IMG/VR virus record: IMGVR_UViG_3300032334_001259 | Coordinates: 274,436-338,435 of that record | Length of the DNA stretch: 64,000 bases | Strand: one strand, 5' to 3' | Part shown: in pieces, positions 55,578 through 64,000 of the stretch | Numbering within the stretch: position 1 is the first letter of the stretch | Layout: each line of letters opens with the position of its first letter | Notes under the pieces: generated by a model | Databases searched by the model: none | What the model was told of the DNA's origin: nothing | Seen by the model: only the letters and a program-made list of their open reading frames with translations | Made by a program: the position numbers and the translations under genes

Positions 55578-56678
55578 TCAAGGGGTTTTAGAAAAAATAT
55601 TATTAACTTGATTATTAACACTTATAAAAGTGCAACGCTTGCTTAATTCCTTAAGACGGCGGGCACCAACATAAGTTAATGTGCTACGAACACCACCAAG
55701 AACGTCTTGAATAACATCATTTACATCACCACGATAAGGAACTAATACTTCCTTGCCTTCTGCGGCACGGTATGTTTTAAGACCACCGCTATGCTTATCA
55801 TTAGCGGCACGACTGCTCATACCATAGAATTGAACAAACTTACGTTCTTCAATTACATGATTATGTCCATCCTGACTTATTTCATTTGTTTTATAATATT
55901 TGGTAATAACATCGCCGCCACCTTGATCACAGCCAGCTAACATTCCACCAAGCATTACGAAGTCAGCACCACCAGCAAAGGCTTTAGCAACATCACCAGG
56001 ACAAGTGCAACCACCATCACTAATAATATGTCCACCAAGACCGTGAGCAGCATCTGCACATTCAATAACCGCTGATAGTTGCGGATACCCCACTCCAGTT
56101 TTGATACGAGTAGTGCATACACTACCAGGACCAATACCAACTTTAACAATATCAACGCCACTTAAAATAAGTTCCTCTGTCATTTCTGGAGTAACAACAT
56201 TACCTGCAATAATGGTAACCCCTTGATTTTCTTGACGAAATTTACGAACAAATCCAATAAATCGTTCAGTATAACCATTGGCTACGTCAATGCATACAAT
56301 TTTAATATTACCTTCGGGTAACTTACTTTTTACAAGTTTATATTTTTCATAATCTTCATCTTTGATACCAAGACCATATGCCCAAAGGTCATTGATCTTG
56401 TATCCAGTGCGACCAATCCATAGGATAATTTCTTCTACAGTATAATTCTTGCGAAGTGCTGTCATCAAACCATGTTCAGCAAGTGCTTCTGCCATTGTAA
56501 ACGTACCAACACCATCCATATTCGCCGCAATAATTGGTTTGTTTGACCATTGCATACCACTATTACGAAAGATAAATTTACGGTCAAGACTAACTTCATC
56601 ACGACTTACCAGTGTGCTACGTTTTGGCACAATTAGAACATCACTAAAATCAAGTTTAGTGTCATTAATAATACGCAT
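55578..56678 (-). CDS. guaC: GMP reductase
   Basis: [53 protein letters not shown]. Confidence 0.95.
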   Translation of the reverse strand: MRIINDTKLDFSDVLIVPKRSTLVSRDEVSLDRKFIFRNSGMQWSNKPIIAANMDGVGTFTMAEALAEHGLMTALRKNYTVEEIILWIGRTGYKINDLWAYGLGIKDEDYEKYKLVKSKLPEGNIKIVCIDVANGYTERFIGFVRKFRQENQGVTIIAGNVVTPEMTEELILSGVDIVKVGIGPGSVCTTRIKTGVGYPQLSAVIECADAAHGLGGHIISDGGCTCPGDVAKAFAGGADFVMLGGMLAGCDQGGGDVITKYYKTNEISQDGHNHVIEERKFVQFYGMSSRAANDKHSGGLKTYRAAEGKEVLVPYRGDVNDVIQDVLGGVRSTLTYVGARRLKELSKRCTFISVNNQVNNIFSKTP

Positions 56679-56692
56679 TTTTCACCTATTGT

Positions 56693-56941
56693 TTAACGTG
56701 CAATACCAAGATTGCGAAGTTCTTTCAACTTTTTCTGCCAACGTTTTTGTGCACGTGCCTTGGCTTTCTTACGTTTCATGCTTGGTTGTTCAAAACGTTC
56801 ACGTTCACGAAGTGTTTGGAAGATACCATCTTGTTGTAGCATCTTCTTCATCTTGCGAAGTGCTTTATTAACATCATTATTGTGAACTTCTACAAAAAAT
56901 CCACGTTGTTTAACATTTTCAAGTTCTGGTCTGCTAGACAT
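56693..56941 (-). CDS. rpsU: ribosomal protein bS21
   Basis: VEVHNNDVNKALRKMKK....GIF..LRERERFEQPS.KRKK; GAGG SD. Confidence 0.88.
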   Translation of the reverse strand: MSSRPELENVKQRGFFVEVHNNDVNKALRKMKKMLQQDGIFQTLRERERFEQPSMKRKKAKARAQKRWQKKLKELRNLGIAR

Positions 56942-57323
56942 TATTTTCCTCTTTGATATAATTAGCATGTAGTTGAATAAGCCAAGAATATATATCAAAC
57001 GTTTCACGATGATTATATTTGGCAATATCATTGGAGCCATATCCCCAACAATTCTTTTGTGCAAGCAAATAACCTTTTAATAATTCTTTATTGCCGCTAA
57101 AACGTGTATTAACAAGTGTAGCATAACTGTGTTTGTGTGCATTTAAACACCAAACATCATCAGTTTCATTGCTACCATATAAGAATAATGTAATATCAAT
57201 GTCAAGATTGTTGATAGTATTTGACAGACGTTCTATGTCGCCCCATTCAACATCTACAAGTAGCACCTTGAATCGGTGATCTAAATCAAGATCAGGTGCG
57301 GTTACAATTCTACTTTGGTTCAT
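56934..57323 (-). CDS. hypothetical protein
   Basis: Coupled ORF (VTAPD N-terminus). Confidence 0.65.
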   Translation of the reverse strand: MNQSRIVTAPDLDLDHRFKVLLVDVEWGDIERLSNTINNLDIDITLFLYGSNETDDVWCLNAHKHSYATLVNTRFSGNKELLKGYLLAQKNCWGYGSNDIAKYNHRETFDIYSWLIQLHANYIKEENNV

Positions 57324-58960
57324 TTACTTAAATTATCTATAGCAACTTGTTCAGTTGGTGTCATATCGTCATATTCAACTTCACGACGACCTAATCTACC
57401 TAACTGCCAATTCTGCCAATTCACGTTATCAGTATAGCCAGTATTTTGGTTTCTGTCAACTAAAATCCACTCTGAACCATTCCATTTATACAAATTATTT
57501 GGTTCACGAACAAGTATAAAAAGTTGACCCATATATGGTTGTGTTGGTAAATTATGTCCAACAATATCATTATCTACATCAAGTAGATATGCTTTGTCAC
57601 CAATATCATCGCTTTCTGCAAGACGTTTATCTAGTTCACGTTCTGCTTTAAGTTGATTTATTTCATTATTTTTTGCATCAACTTCTTTAATAAGATGATC
57701 AAGTGCAACAGTCAAGTCCATAAGTGTTTTGTTATCTGTTTTATCAACTTCTACAATTCTATCAACAGGAACTTCAACTATCTTTTCAACAATAGTTTCA
57801 ACAGGGACTTCCACAATTTTTTCTACAATCTTTTCAACTTGAACTTCCTTGATAACTTCAACAGGAACTTCAATTCTATCTACTGTAGTGATGTAAACAG
57901 GTTTTTCAATCTCAACAATCTTTTCAATAGTTTCAACTGTAGGAACTTCTATAATTTTCTCCACAATTTTGTCACGGAATATTGGAACCGCCTGAACAAC
58001 TTCACGTTCAATTATTTCTGGTTCACGATTACGAAATGCTTCTAATTCTTCTTCCAATTCATTTACACGTAATATAGCTTCATTATTATAAACTGTTACT
58101 ACTTTTTCAATAGGCTTTTCAACAACAACTTCTTTAACAATTTCTTTTACAATTTCTTCTGTTTGCGCATCACGTTCTTTGCGACGATTACTGATACCCA
58201 TTGTCGCACCCAAAACCAAGCTGACTGCAAGGGGATCAAACACAGCAACAATAAAAATAATAACCCAACGGACTGCTCGTTCAAGTAATGACTTATCAAC
58301 ATTATCTCCATATATTAATTGTGCGATATACTTAATTGGTCCAACTTCTGCTTCTACCTTAAGTTGTGCTTGTTGAAGTTTTAACTTCTGTGAATTAAGG
58401 TCAGCAATACGCTTATTGGTTTCATCAATAGTTTGGTTTGCCGCAAGACGTTCTTTCTTTTGACTTTCACGTAGTTTAGTTGCTTGTGTAGTTAAAGTAG
58501 CTGTGCGGTTATTATCACGTGTTGCATTGCTTGCACCACTATTCAACAATCCATTTACAGCATCATCCATTTGCTTGATAAGTGCTTGATTATCCTTGAT
58601 TCTTTGCTGTTCTACGCCAAGATTTTGGTCAATCTGCTCAATGAGTAGAGTATTATCACCTACGCTACTTGTAGTTTCAATATGCGCACGTGATAGGAAT
58701 CCAAAGATACCCATACTTGTTACAAACATAAGAACAATAACGGCAAGTGCAAGATACCATTTTACAATGAAGTTTACACGGTTCCAGTTTTGGTGTAGCC
58801 AGACAGTGGTGATGATTTTACCAAACTCTAAGACACCGCCCATAATGATAATAGGGATTACAGCACCACTGAATATTGCTGTAAGACCAGCAATACTGTA
58901 ATATGCCGCCACGCCACTGATGCTGACTGCACTTAAAAGTGCTAAAATATTAAGAAACAT
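57320..58960 (-). CDS. membrane protein with coiled coil and V/E/K/I/P repeats
   Basis: 3 N-terminal TMs, coiled coil, EVGPIKYIA..VFDPLAV TM, EKIVEVP repeats. Confidence 0.8.
   Translation of the reverse strand: MFLNILALLSAVSISGVAAYYSIAGLTAIFSGAVIPIIIMGGVLEFGKIITTVWLHQNWNRVNFIVKWYLALAVIVLMFVTSMGIFGFLSRAHIETTSSVGDNTLLIEQIDQNLGVEQQRIKDNQALIKQMDDAVNGLLNSGASNATRDNNRTATLTTQATKLRESQKKERLAANQTIDETNKRIADLNSQKLKLQQAQLKVEAEVGPIKYIAQLIYGDNVDKSLLERAVRWVIIFIVAVFDPLAVSLVLGATMGISNRRKERDAQTEEIVKEIVKEVVVEKPIEKVVTVYNNEAILRVNELEEELEAFRNREPEIIEREVVQAVPIFRDKIVEKIIEVPTVETIEKIVEIEKPVYITTVDRIEVPVEVIKEVQVEKIVEKIVEVPVETIVEKIVEVPVDRIVEVDKTDNKTLMDLTVALDHLIKEVDAKNNEINQLKAERELDKRLAESDDIGDKAYLLDVDNDIVGHNLPTQPYMGQLFILVREPNNLYKWNGSEWILVDRNQNTGYTDNVNWQNWQLGRLGRREVEYDDMTPTEQVAIDNLSK
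57745..58160 (-). repeat. coding repeats (V/I)EKIVEVP-type
   Basis: e.g. VEKIVEKIVEVPVETIVEKIVEVPVDRIVEV. Confidence 0.7.
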
Positions 58961-58961
58961 A

Positions 58962-59324
58962 TCAAACTTCCACCGTATTTTCTACAACATACCAACCAAG
59001 TTTCTTGAAATCTTCACGTATTTCTTCTGTAATTGTGGCTTCACTAACATAAGAAGAATTATCTTCCATGTTACTTACATAATAACGCATGTAATCGCCA
59101 CTGAAACTACCATCATACAAACTAGCACCAATACCGCCAGCATGTCGCCAACTGCAAGACCAATGTTCTGCCGCTAAAATTGTAAGAACCTCTGCCTTGA
59201 TAAACTCATTGTTGCATAATGCCGCATAAAGATGTTGGCAATATGCATCATTGCCACGTGCTTTATTGCGTATATAATCACTATTATACAAATCTTTTTC
59301 CAAGTCTGGCGCAGTATTGTCCAT
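58962..59324 (-). CDS. conserved hypothetical phage protein
   Basis: LYAALCNNEF, WSCSWR.AGG, EIREDF..LGW. Confidence 0.75.
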   Translation of the reverse strand: MDNTAPDLEKDLYNSDYIRNKARGNDAYCQHLYAALCNNEFIKAEVLTILAAEHWSCSWRHAGGIGASLYDGSFSGDYMRYYVSNMEDNSSYVSEATITEEIREDFKKLGWYVVENTVEV

Positions 59325-59375
59325 TAAAAAGGCTCCGTGATATTTAATTTACCACGGAGCCACTATATTGTCAAT

Positions 59376-62231
59376 TTAGAAATTAATAGTTAAACCAGCC
59401 ATAATTGTGCCATTATTATAATTATTGCCAACATCAACACCAGCACTTATAAACATACTGGTATTGTCAGTAATTTTTTGTTTTACTATAGCCTTGCCAC
59501 TTACAACAGTGCCATAAATTGGGCTTTCACTTACTTTTGCTTGTAGTGCAACATTATCATTTACTTTATATTGTGCACCTGCATAAGGAGTTGCTGTTGT
59601 TTTACTGCCTGTGTCTGGAGTTTGAGCCAATAATGCGGTGCCACTGCTGCCTTTATCTTCTACATTACTGTTGTTTACAGTAACACCAGCAAATGGTGTC
59701 CATCCACCAATATCTACTGGTAGATAGTAAGCAACATCAGCATAAACATTAGTTTGGTGAAGTTTTTGTGCGTTACTTAAACCAAACTCTGGTATGCTTG
59801 TAACACTGGTATGATCTGTGCTTGCTATACCGCCAGCTACTTTCACTTTACCATTGCCTGTTTCTATTACTGCGTAAGTTGTGCCTGCCAATGTTTTACT
59901 ATCACTACTGCTATTGTTGTATCCACTTGTGCCTGTAGAGCCATAGTAACCTGCTACACCAAATGTGTTACCGTTTGCCTGTGTTTGGAAGCCAAAAGCA
60001 TAACCACTACTGCCAATATTGCCATTACCATTACTGCCTGCACTGTATGATGGTGTTGACCAAGTTCCATTTGGTGTGAAAGCAGGATCTACCATAAACA
60101 AGTTTTGGTTTGCATAGTTTACACTATCTTGTGCGCCTGTCACATTTGCAGTTTTTACTGTATTTGTACTGCTTGCGCTATAATTGTCAGTATAAACATC
60201 ACTACTTACAACTTGGTTAATTGTTGAATCAGTTGCAGTAGGTGCGCCAGTAGAAGTTCCAATTGCATTACCATTAGCATCTACAGTAGTGGTTGTAGGT
60301 GTTACAGTAGTAGTTGTAGTAATCGGTGTTGTTACTGTTGTAGTTGTTGTAGTTGGAGTATCAACTACTGTCACAACGTTTTTATTAATGCTTACAGTAT
60401 TACCACTCTTTGTGCCAGTAAATGTAACAGTATCTAAACTTGTTGAAGGCCAAGTAATAACGCTTGTAGTTGTAGTAGCTGTTCCAGATGATGTAGAAGT
60501 AGTTGTCACTGGTTCAGTAGTCGCTACACTTTGCACAGCAGGATCAGTTATAGATGTAGCAACGCTGTTTGTTACTACAGAAGTTGTTACTGGAGTTCCG
60601 TTAGTAGTAGTTGTGGAACCATCACTATAAGTTGTTACAGTAACAGGTGTTGTTACAGTTGTAGTAGTTGTTGGAGTAGTAGTTGTAGTTGTCACTGTGA
60701 AGTAAGTTGTTACTACAGGATTACCATTTCCATCAGTTGAGTTAACAAGATTTGTATTAGTTACAGTAGTTGTAACTGGTGTTCCATTAACACTGCTACT
60801 TGACACAATTGGTGTACCAGGCGCTGTGCTTACAACAGTTGGTGCGCTTGGTGTTGAATTATTGGGAGCACTTGAACCAGCATTAGGAGCAATAGGACCA
60901 AATGGTGTAGTAAAGTTAAGTGTTGTTCCAACTTCTTTAGTAACAAAAAGAATCGGACTCAATGCAGTATCACTTAAGTTAAATGCACCAAAACCAAGTC
61001 TATATGTGCCAGCTTCATTTGCTGTATATTCTGCTAACTGCCAACCTGTTGCACCATATGAACCAACTGAATAGTTACCTGTGCCTGGATTTGTAAATCC
61101 AAGTAGAGCATATTCTTTACTTTCACCGTTAACAGTTGCAATAATTGTGCCTGTCTTATTAACAAGTGTAGTTACACTACCATCATTAAATGGAACATAG
61201 TCAGTAGAAATATATTGCCATGCCATATGGAATGTTTGACCATTTGTTAGTGTAATGTCTTGGCGAATCCAAGCTGCATTAGTTGGTTGACCATTGCCAC
61301 TTGCTACCATAGCTGCAATAATTTCATTCTTGCTTGCGGTGCTGATACCAAGATCAGTAGCCATATCATCAAATGTATTAACACCTGATGTTTGCATAGC
61401 ATTTGGTTGAATACTTACCATATATGTTCCAGTTGGTGGTCTAACAGTCCATTGATATGGACTACCATTTGCAGTATAACTTGTCATTTCTTGAACAACA
61501 GCAACACCAACACCTACATCACCATATGCAGTTGTTGATTGTGTACCTGTTCCGCCACCTGCTGTCCATGGACCTAATGAACCTGTTGCAAAGTTTGCAT
61601 TTGAACCGCTATCAGTAATGTTATAAATTGTAGGTGTGCTTCCTCCACCACTACCACCACTACTTTGGGTTGCTGTTTGACCAGCAGTAAGAACTGTGGT
61701 GCTTGGTGGAGTATAACTTGCAATTGCAGTTGCATTTGGTGTTCCAGTTCCAACATTTAATGTTGCACTACTACCATACGCATAACCTGTGCTTGGTGTA
61801 ATAACTGTTCCGAAGAAACCACCACCAACATAAAAGATACCGTCTCCAGAAAGTTTGTAGAGATCACCAGTATCGTGAATTACATATGCTTGTGTGCCAT
61901 TGGCATTAAAAACTGCCATACCATATGTGCCAGGCACTGTTGTGCTATTAATAAATCCATAATATTGACCACTGGTAAGATTTGGGTGTTGAAAACTACC
62001 ACCTGGTCCAGTAGATTGATATGGTGCGATTAATCCACTTACATTAAGTGTATCGCAAGAACCTTCATTACCCCAACCGCAACTGGAATCATTTGTGGAA
62101 CTGCTCCAATAATATTGTACATCAAATATTTGTGCTGAACCAACTTTAAGGTCTAAAAGACCAGCATAAGCCGCAGAAGCAAAAGTTATACCTACCATCG
62201 CAGCGATGGTTTTCATAATATTCTTAAACAT
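59376..62231 (-). CDS. autotransporter-like outer-membrane protein with Thr-rich stalk
   Basis: Signal peptide, beta-rich passenger, ~200-aa Thr/Val/Pro linker, alternating beta-strands, terminal Phe (AGLTINF). Confidence 0.7.
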   Translation of the reverse strand: MFKNIMKTIAAMVGITFASAAYAGLLDLKVGSAQIFDVQYYWSSSTNDSSCGWGNEGSCDTLNVSGLIAPYQSTGPGGSFQHPNLTSGQYYGFINSTTVPGTYGMAVFNANGTQAYVIHDTGDLYKLSGDGIFYVGGGFFGTVITPSTGYAYGSSATLNVGTGTPNATAIASYTPPSTTVLTAGQTATQSSGGSGGGSTPTIYNITDSGSNANFATGSLGPWTAGGGTGTQSTTAYGDVGVGVAVVQEMTSYTANGSPYQWTVRPPTGTYMVSIQPNAMQTSGVNTFDDMATDLGISTASKNEIIAAMVASGNGQPTNAAWIRQDITLTNGQTFHMAWQYISTDYVPFNDGSVTTLVNKTGTIIATVNGESKEYALLGFTNPGTGNYSVGSYGATGWQLAEYTANEAGTYRLGFGAFNLSDTALSPILFVTKEVGTTLNFTTPFGPIAPNAGSSAPNNSTPSAPTVVSTAPGTPIVSSSSVNGTPVTTTVTNTNLVNSTDGNGNPVVTTYFTVTTTTTTPTTTTTVTTPVTVTTYSDGSTTTTNGTPVTTSVVTNSVATSITDPAVQSVATTEPVTTTSTSSGTATTTTSVITWPSTSLDTVTFTGTKSGNTVSINKNVVTVVDTPTTTTTTVTTPITTTTTVTPTTTTVDANGNAIGTSTGAPTATDSTINQVVSSDVYTDNYSASSTNTVKTANVTGAQDSVNYANQNLFMVDPAFTPNGTWSTPSYSAGSNGNGNIGSSGYAFGFQTQANGNTFGVAGYYGSTGTSGYNNSSSDSKTLAGTTYAVIETGNGKVKVAGGIASTDHTSVTSIPEFGLSNAQKLHQTNVYADVAYYLPVDIGGWTPFAGVTVNNSNVEDKGSSGTALLAQTPDTGSKTTATPYAGAQYKVNDNVALQAKVSESPIYGTVVSGKAIVKQKITDNTSMFISAGVDVGNNYNNGTIMAGLTINF

Positions 62232-62398
62232 AATTTTTCCTTGATTTGATTATTTTTTGAAATGCTTTTTTAAATCGAATCGTTGAAAAATAATGTTATT
62301 GAATAGTTGAAAATACTATTGCTGATAGATTGCATGATATTTAGGCGACTATTTCTGTAATAATGTTCCTATAAATATGTTTAAAAGGGAGTTCAACT

Positions 62399-63157
62399 AT
62401 GCTTGGTGATAAAACAATACAAGAATTAGCGGTAATATTTGCTGAAATTGCAAGTGCTGCTTATATTGATAATGATGATACTGTTTACAAAAATCTTGGT
62501 TTTACAAAAACAAAATTTATAGACCATGAAGGTGCGCAAGCATATGTTGCCGCAAGCAAAGATGAAGTAATTGTTGCTTGCCGTGGTACTCAACCAACAC
62601 AACCAAATGATTTGTTAGCAGACCTGAATACTATTCCAAAGCGTCATGGTAATGGTTGGGTTCACAGTGGATTTCGCACAGAAGCACGTAAAATTATTGA
62701 TGATGTTTTAGATTGGGCAAAGAAGAACAAAGGCAAAGACATTTACGTAACTGGTCATAGTCTTGGTGCTGCAATGGCACTTTATGTTACACAAGAGTTG
62801 GAATATGCTGGTTTTCCACCAAAGTTACTAATGAGTTATGGTCAGCCACGTTTGGGTAATGCAGATTATGTAGATGGAATTAAAGCCGCACATTATCGTT
62901 TTGTAAATTGCAATGATCTTGTAACACACGTTCCACCACGTGCACTATTATTCAAGCATCATGGCAAACTTTGCTATATCAACTTCTATGGTAATATCCG
63001 TCCTGTAACAAGCTGGCAACGTTTTAAGGATCAGCTACGTGGTCGTATTCGTGCTTGGAAAAAGGGTGAGTTCTTTGATGGTATTCGTGACCATGGCATG
63101 GACAAATATATTGCAAAACTAACAAATATTCGTGATACTGGTCAAGACATTGCGTAA
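62399..63157 (+). CDS. class 3 lipase
   Basis: CRGT, VHSGF, TGHSLGAA, YGQPRLG, NDLVTHVP, DH. Confidence 0.92.
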   Translation: MLGDKTIQELAVIFAEIASAAYIDNDDTVYKNLGFTKTKFIDHEGAQAYVAASKDEVIVACRGTQPTQPNDLLADLNTIPKRHGNGWVHSGFRTEARKIIDDVLDWAKKNKGKDIYVTGHSLGAAMALYVTQELEYAGFPPKLLMSYGQPRLGNADYVDGIKAAHYRFVNCNDLVTHVPPRALLFKHHGKLCYINFYGNIRPVTSWQRFKDQLRGRIRAWKKGEFFDGIRDHGMDKYIAKLTNIRDTGQDIA

Positions 63158-63548
63158 GTTATTGATTTCATTGAGTTTTTTAAGTTTAACTGGCTGTGTA
63201 AGTGTGGATAGTATGTATAAGTTTATTCCAAGTTTTTGGGATGACAACCAAAGTGCAGCCATTACAAACGTTCGCAACGATATTACCTATATTGATTGTA
63301 GCAAGCCACAACTACAACAAGCACAAAATATTGAGCGTGATGCAAATTGGTTTATATTATACAGTGAAAGCAAAGGCATTACTCAAGGTGATGTTATTGC
63401 TGTTGTAAAACCATTACGTGATACTGCAGCTGAATGGGTAGAACGTGCAAAGACAAAAGAACCAAGCAAAGCATATTGTAAAATCAAGAAAGATATACTT
63501 GATAGTCAAGCAGAGGCTGCGGCTAAAGCAGTATTAGGGAGATATTAA
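63132..63548 (+). CDS. lipoprotein
   Basis: Lipobox LTGC. Confidence 0.7.
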   Translation: MILVKTLRKLLISLSFLSLTGCVSVDSMYKFIPSFWDDNQSAAITNVRNDITYIDCSKPQLQQAQNIERDANWFILYSESKGITQGDVIAVVKPLRDTAAEWVERAKTKEPSKAYCKIKKDILDSQAEAAAKAVLGRY

Positions 63549-63778
63549 TGTTAGAAGATTTACAGAAACTACTAAATTGTGGTAAACCTTGGGCTGTCAA
63601 ACGTGCAAGTATTGCTAATGACTTGATTGACCAATATAAAAGTGGTGAACTTGCAGAAGATGAATATAAAGAATTAATGAGTGATTTAGTTGCAACTGAT
63701 AAGTTAAATGCAGAAGCAGATGACCTTAATGTTAAGTCTATGCTTATTGGTTGCATTAAAGCCGCAATGAAACTTTAA
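63548..63778 (+). CDS. hypothetical protein
   Basis: TAATG-coupled. Confidence 0.65.
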   Translation: MLEDLQKLLNCGKPWAVKRASIANDLIDQYKSGELAEDEYKELMSDLVATDKLNAEADDLNVKSMLIGCIKAAMKL

Positions 63779-64000
63779 TTAGCATCCGTATAAAACCAGT
63801 GGTTGCCTATCTTTTTAATAAATTTAAACCCTTTATTCTTGAATGGTTTGTTATTAAAATATAGTGCACCATCAGTTGGGTCATGCATATAAGCATCATA
63901 TAAAATATGACTTGCTAAAAGATATAATTCCATATATTTTTCACTTGTAATTTTTTCATATGGATAACATATAAATGTAAACTGACAGTCTTCTTTGCTA
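63775..64000 (-). CDS. cell-wall hydrolase, SleB/Hydrolase_2 family (3' part; truncated by window)
   Basis: CQFTF...DPTDGALYF...KIGNHWFY*. Confidence 0.8.
   Translation of the reverse strand, partial: SKEDCQFTFICYPYEKITSEKYMELYLLASHILYDAYMHDPTDGALYFNNKPFKNKGFKFIKKIGNHWFYTDAN

Noticed and set aside
1039-63756. Many short ORFs antisense to or nested in recognised genes (e.g. 3473-3871, 8389-8841, 47436-47915, 57653-58045, 60289-60630)
   Set aside because: Shadow frames without SD, promoter or motifs
1-64000. Alternative genetic code or stop-codon reassignment
   Set aside because: Recognisable genes are full-length in code 11, TAG and TGA end real genes, and no suppressor tRNA was found
1-64000. 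Bacterial chromosome or integrated prophage
   Set aside because: Host-like genes are isolated among orphan ORFs with phage-type promoters; no housekeeping operons, integrase or att duplication seen

Overview
AT-rich, gene-dense segment, mostly on the minus strand, best read as an accessory region of a large T4-like/jumbo tailed phage. Evidence: sigma70-type CTTGAC(A)..TATANT promoters, T4-late-like TAAATA boxes, free-standing homing endonucleases, 7 scattered tRNAs and many small orphan ORFs. No capsid, terminase, polymerase or integrase gene was recognised. Several features point to an alphaproteobacterial host (inference). Content: (i) SAM-centred metabolism and modification enzymes (MetK, SpeD, MTA/SAH nucleosidase, two B12 radical-SAM enzymes, sugar C-methyltransferase, RmlB, carbamoyl- and amidinotransferase, five SGNH-like proteins); (ii) RNA repair (Rnl1 plus split PNK and phosphatase); (iii) translation and proteostasis takeover (bS21, S4 domain, ClpS, Bpt/ATE-like aminoacyl-transferase, Hsp20 behind a ROSE-like thermometer); (iv) a host-envelope and signalling module (CsgF-CsgG-curlin-FecR-curlin-LpxH-like-GT4, then a CHASE2 adenylate cyclase, plus a distant stand-alone copy of the cyclase C-terminal tail and an autotransporter-like protein); (v) cell-wall enzymes. 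The least explained signals are two related 134 and 196 nt non-coding elements with tRNA-like ends but no anticodon arm, late promoters about 5 nt before ATG (probable leaderless mRNAs), capsid-targeting-like N-termini on enzymes, and ORFs whose stop codons lie inside tRNA genes. All calls come from motif recognition by eye; no searches were run.
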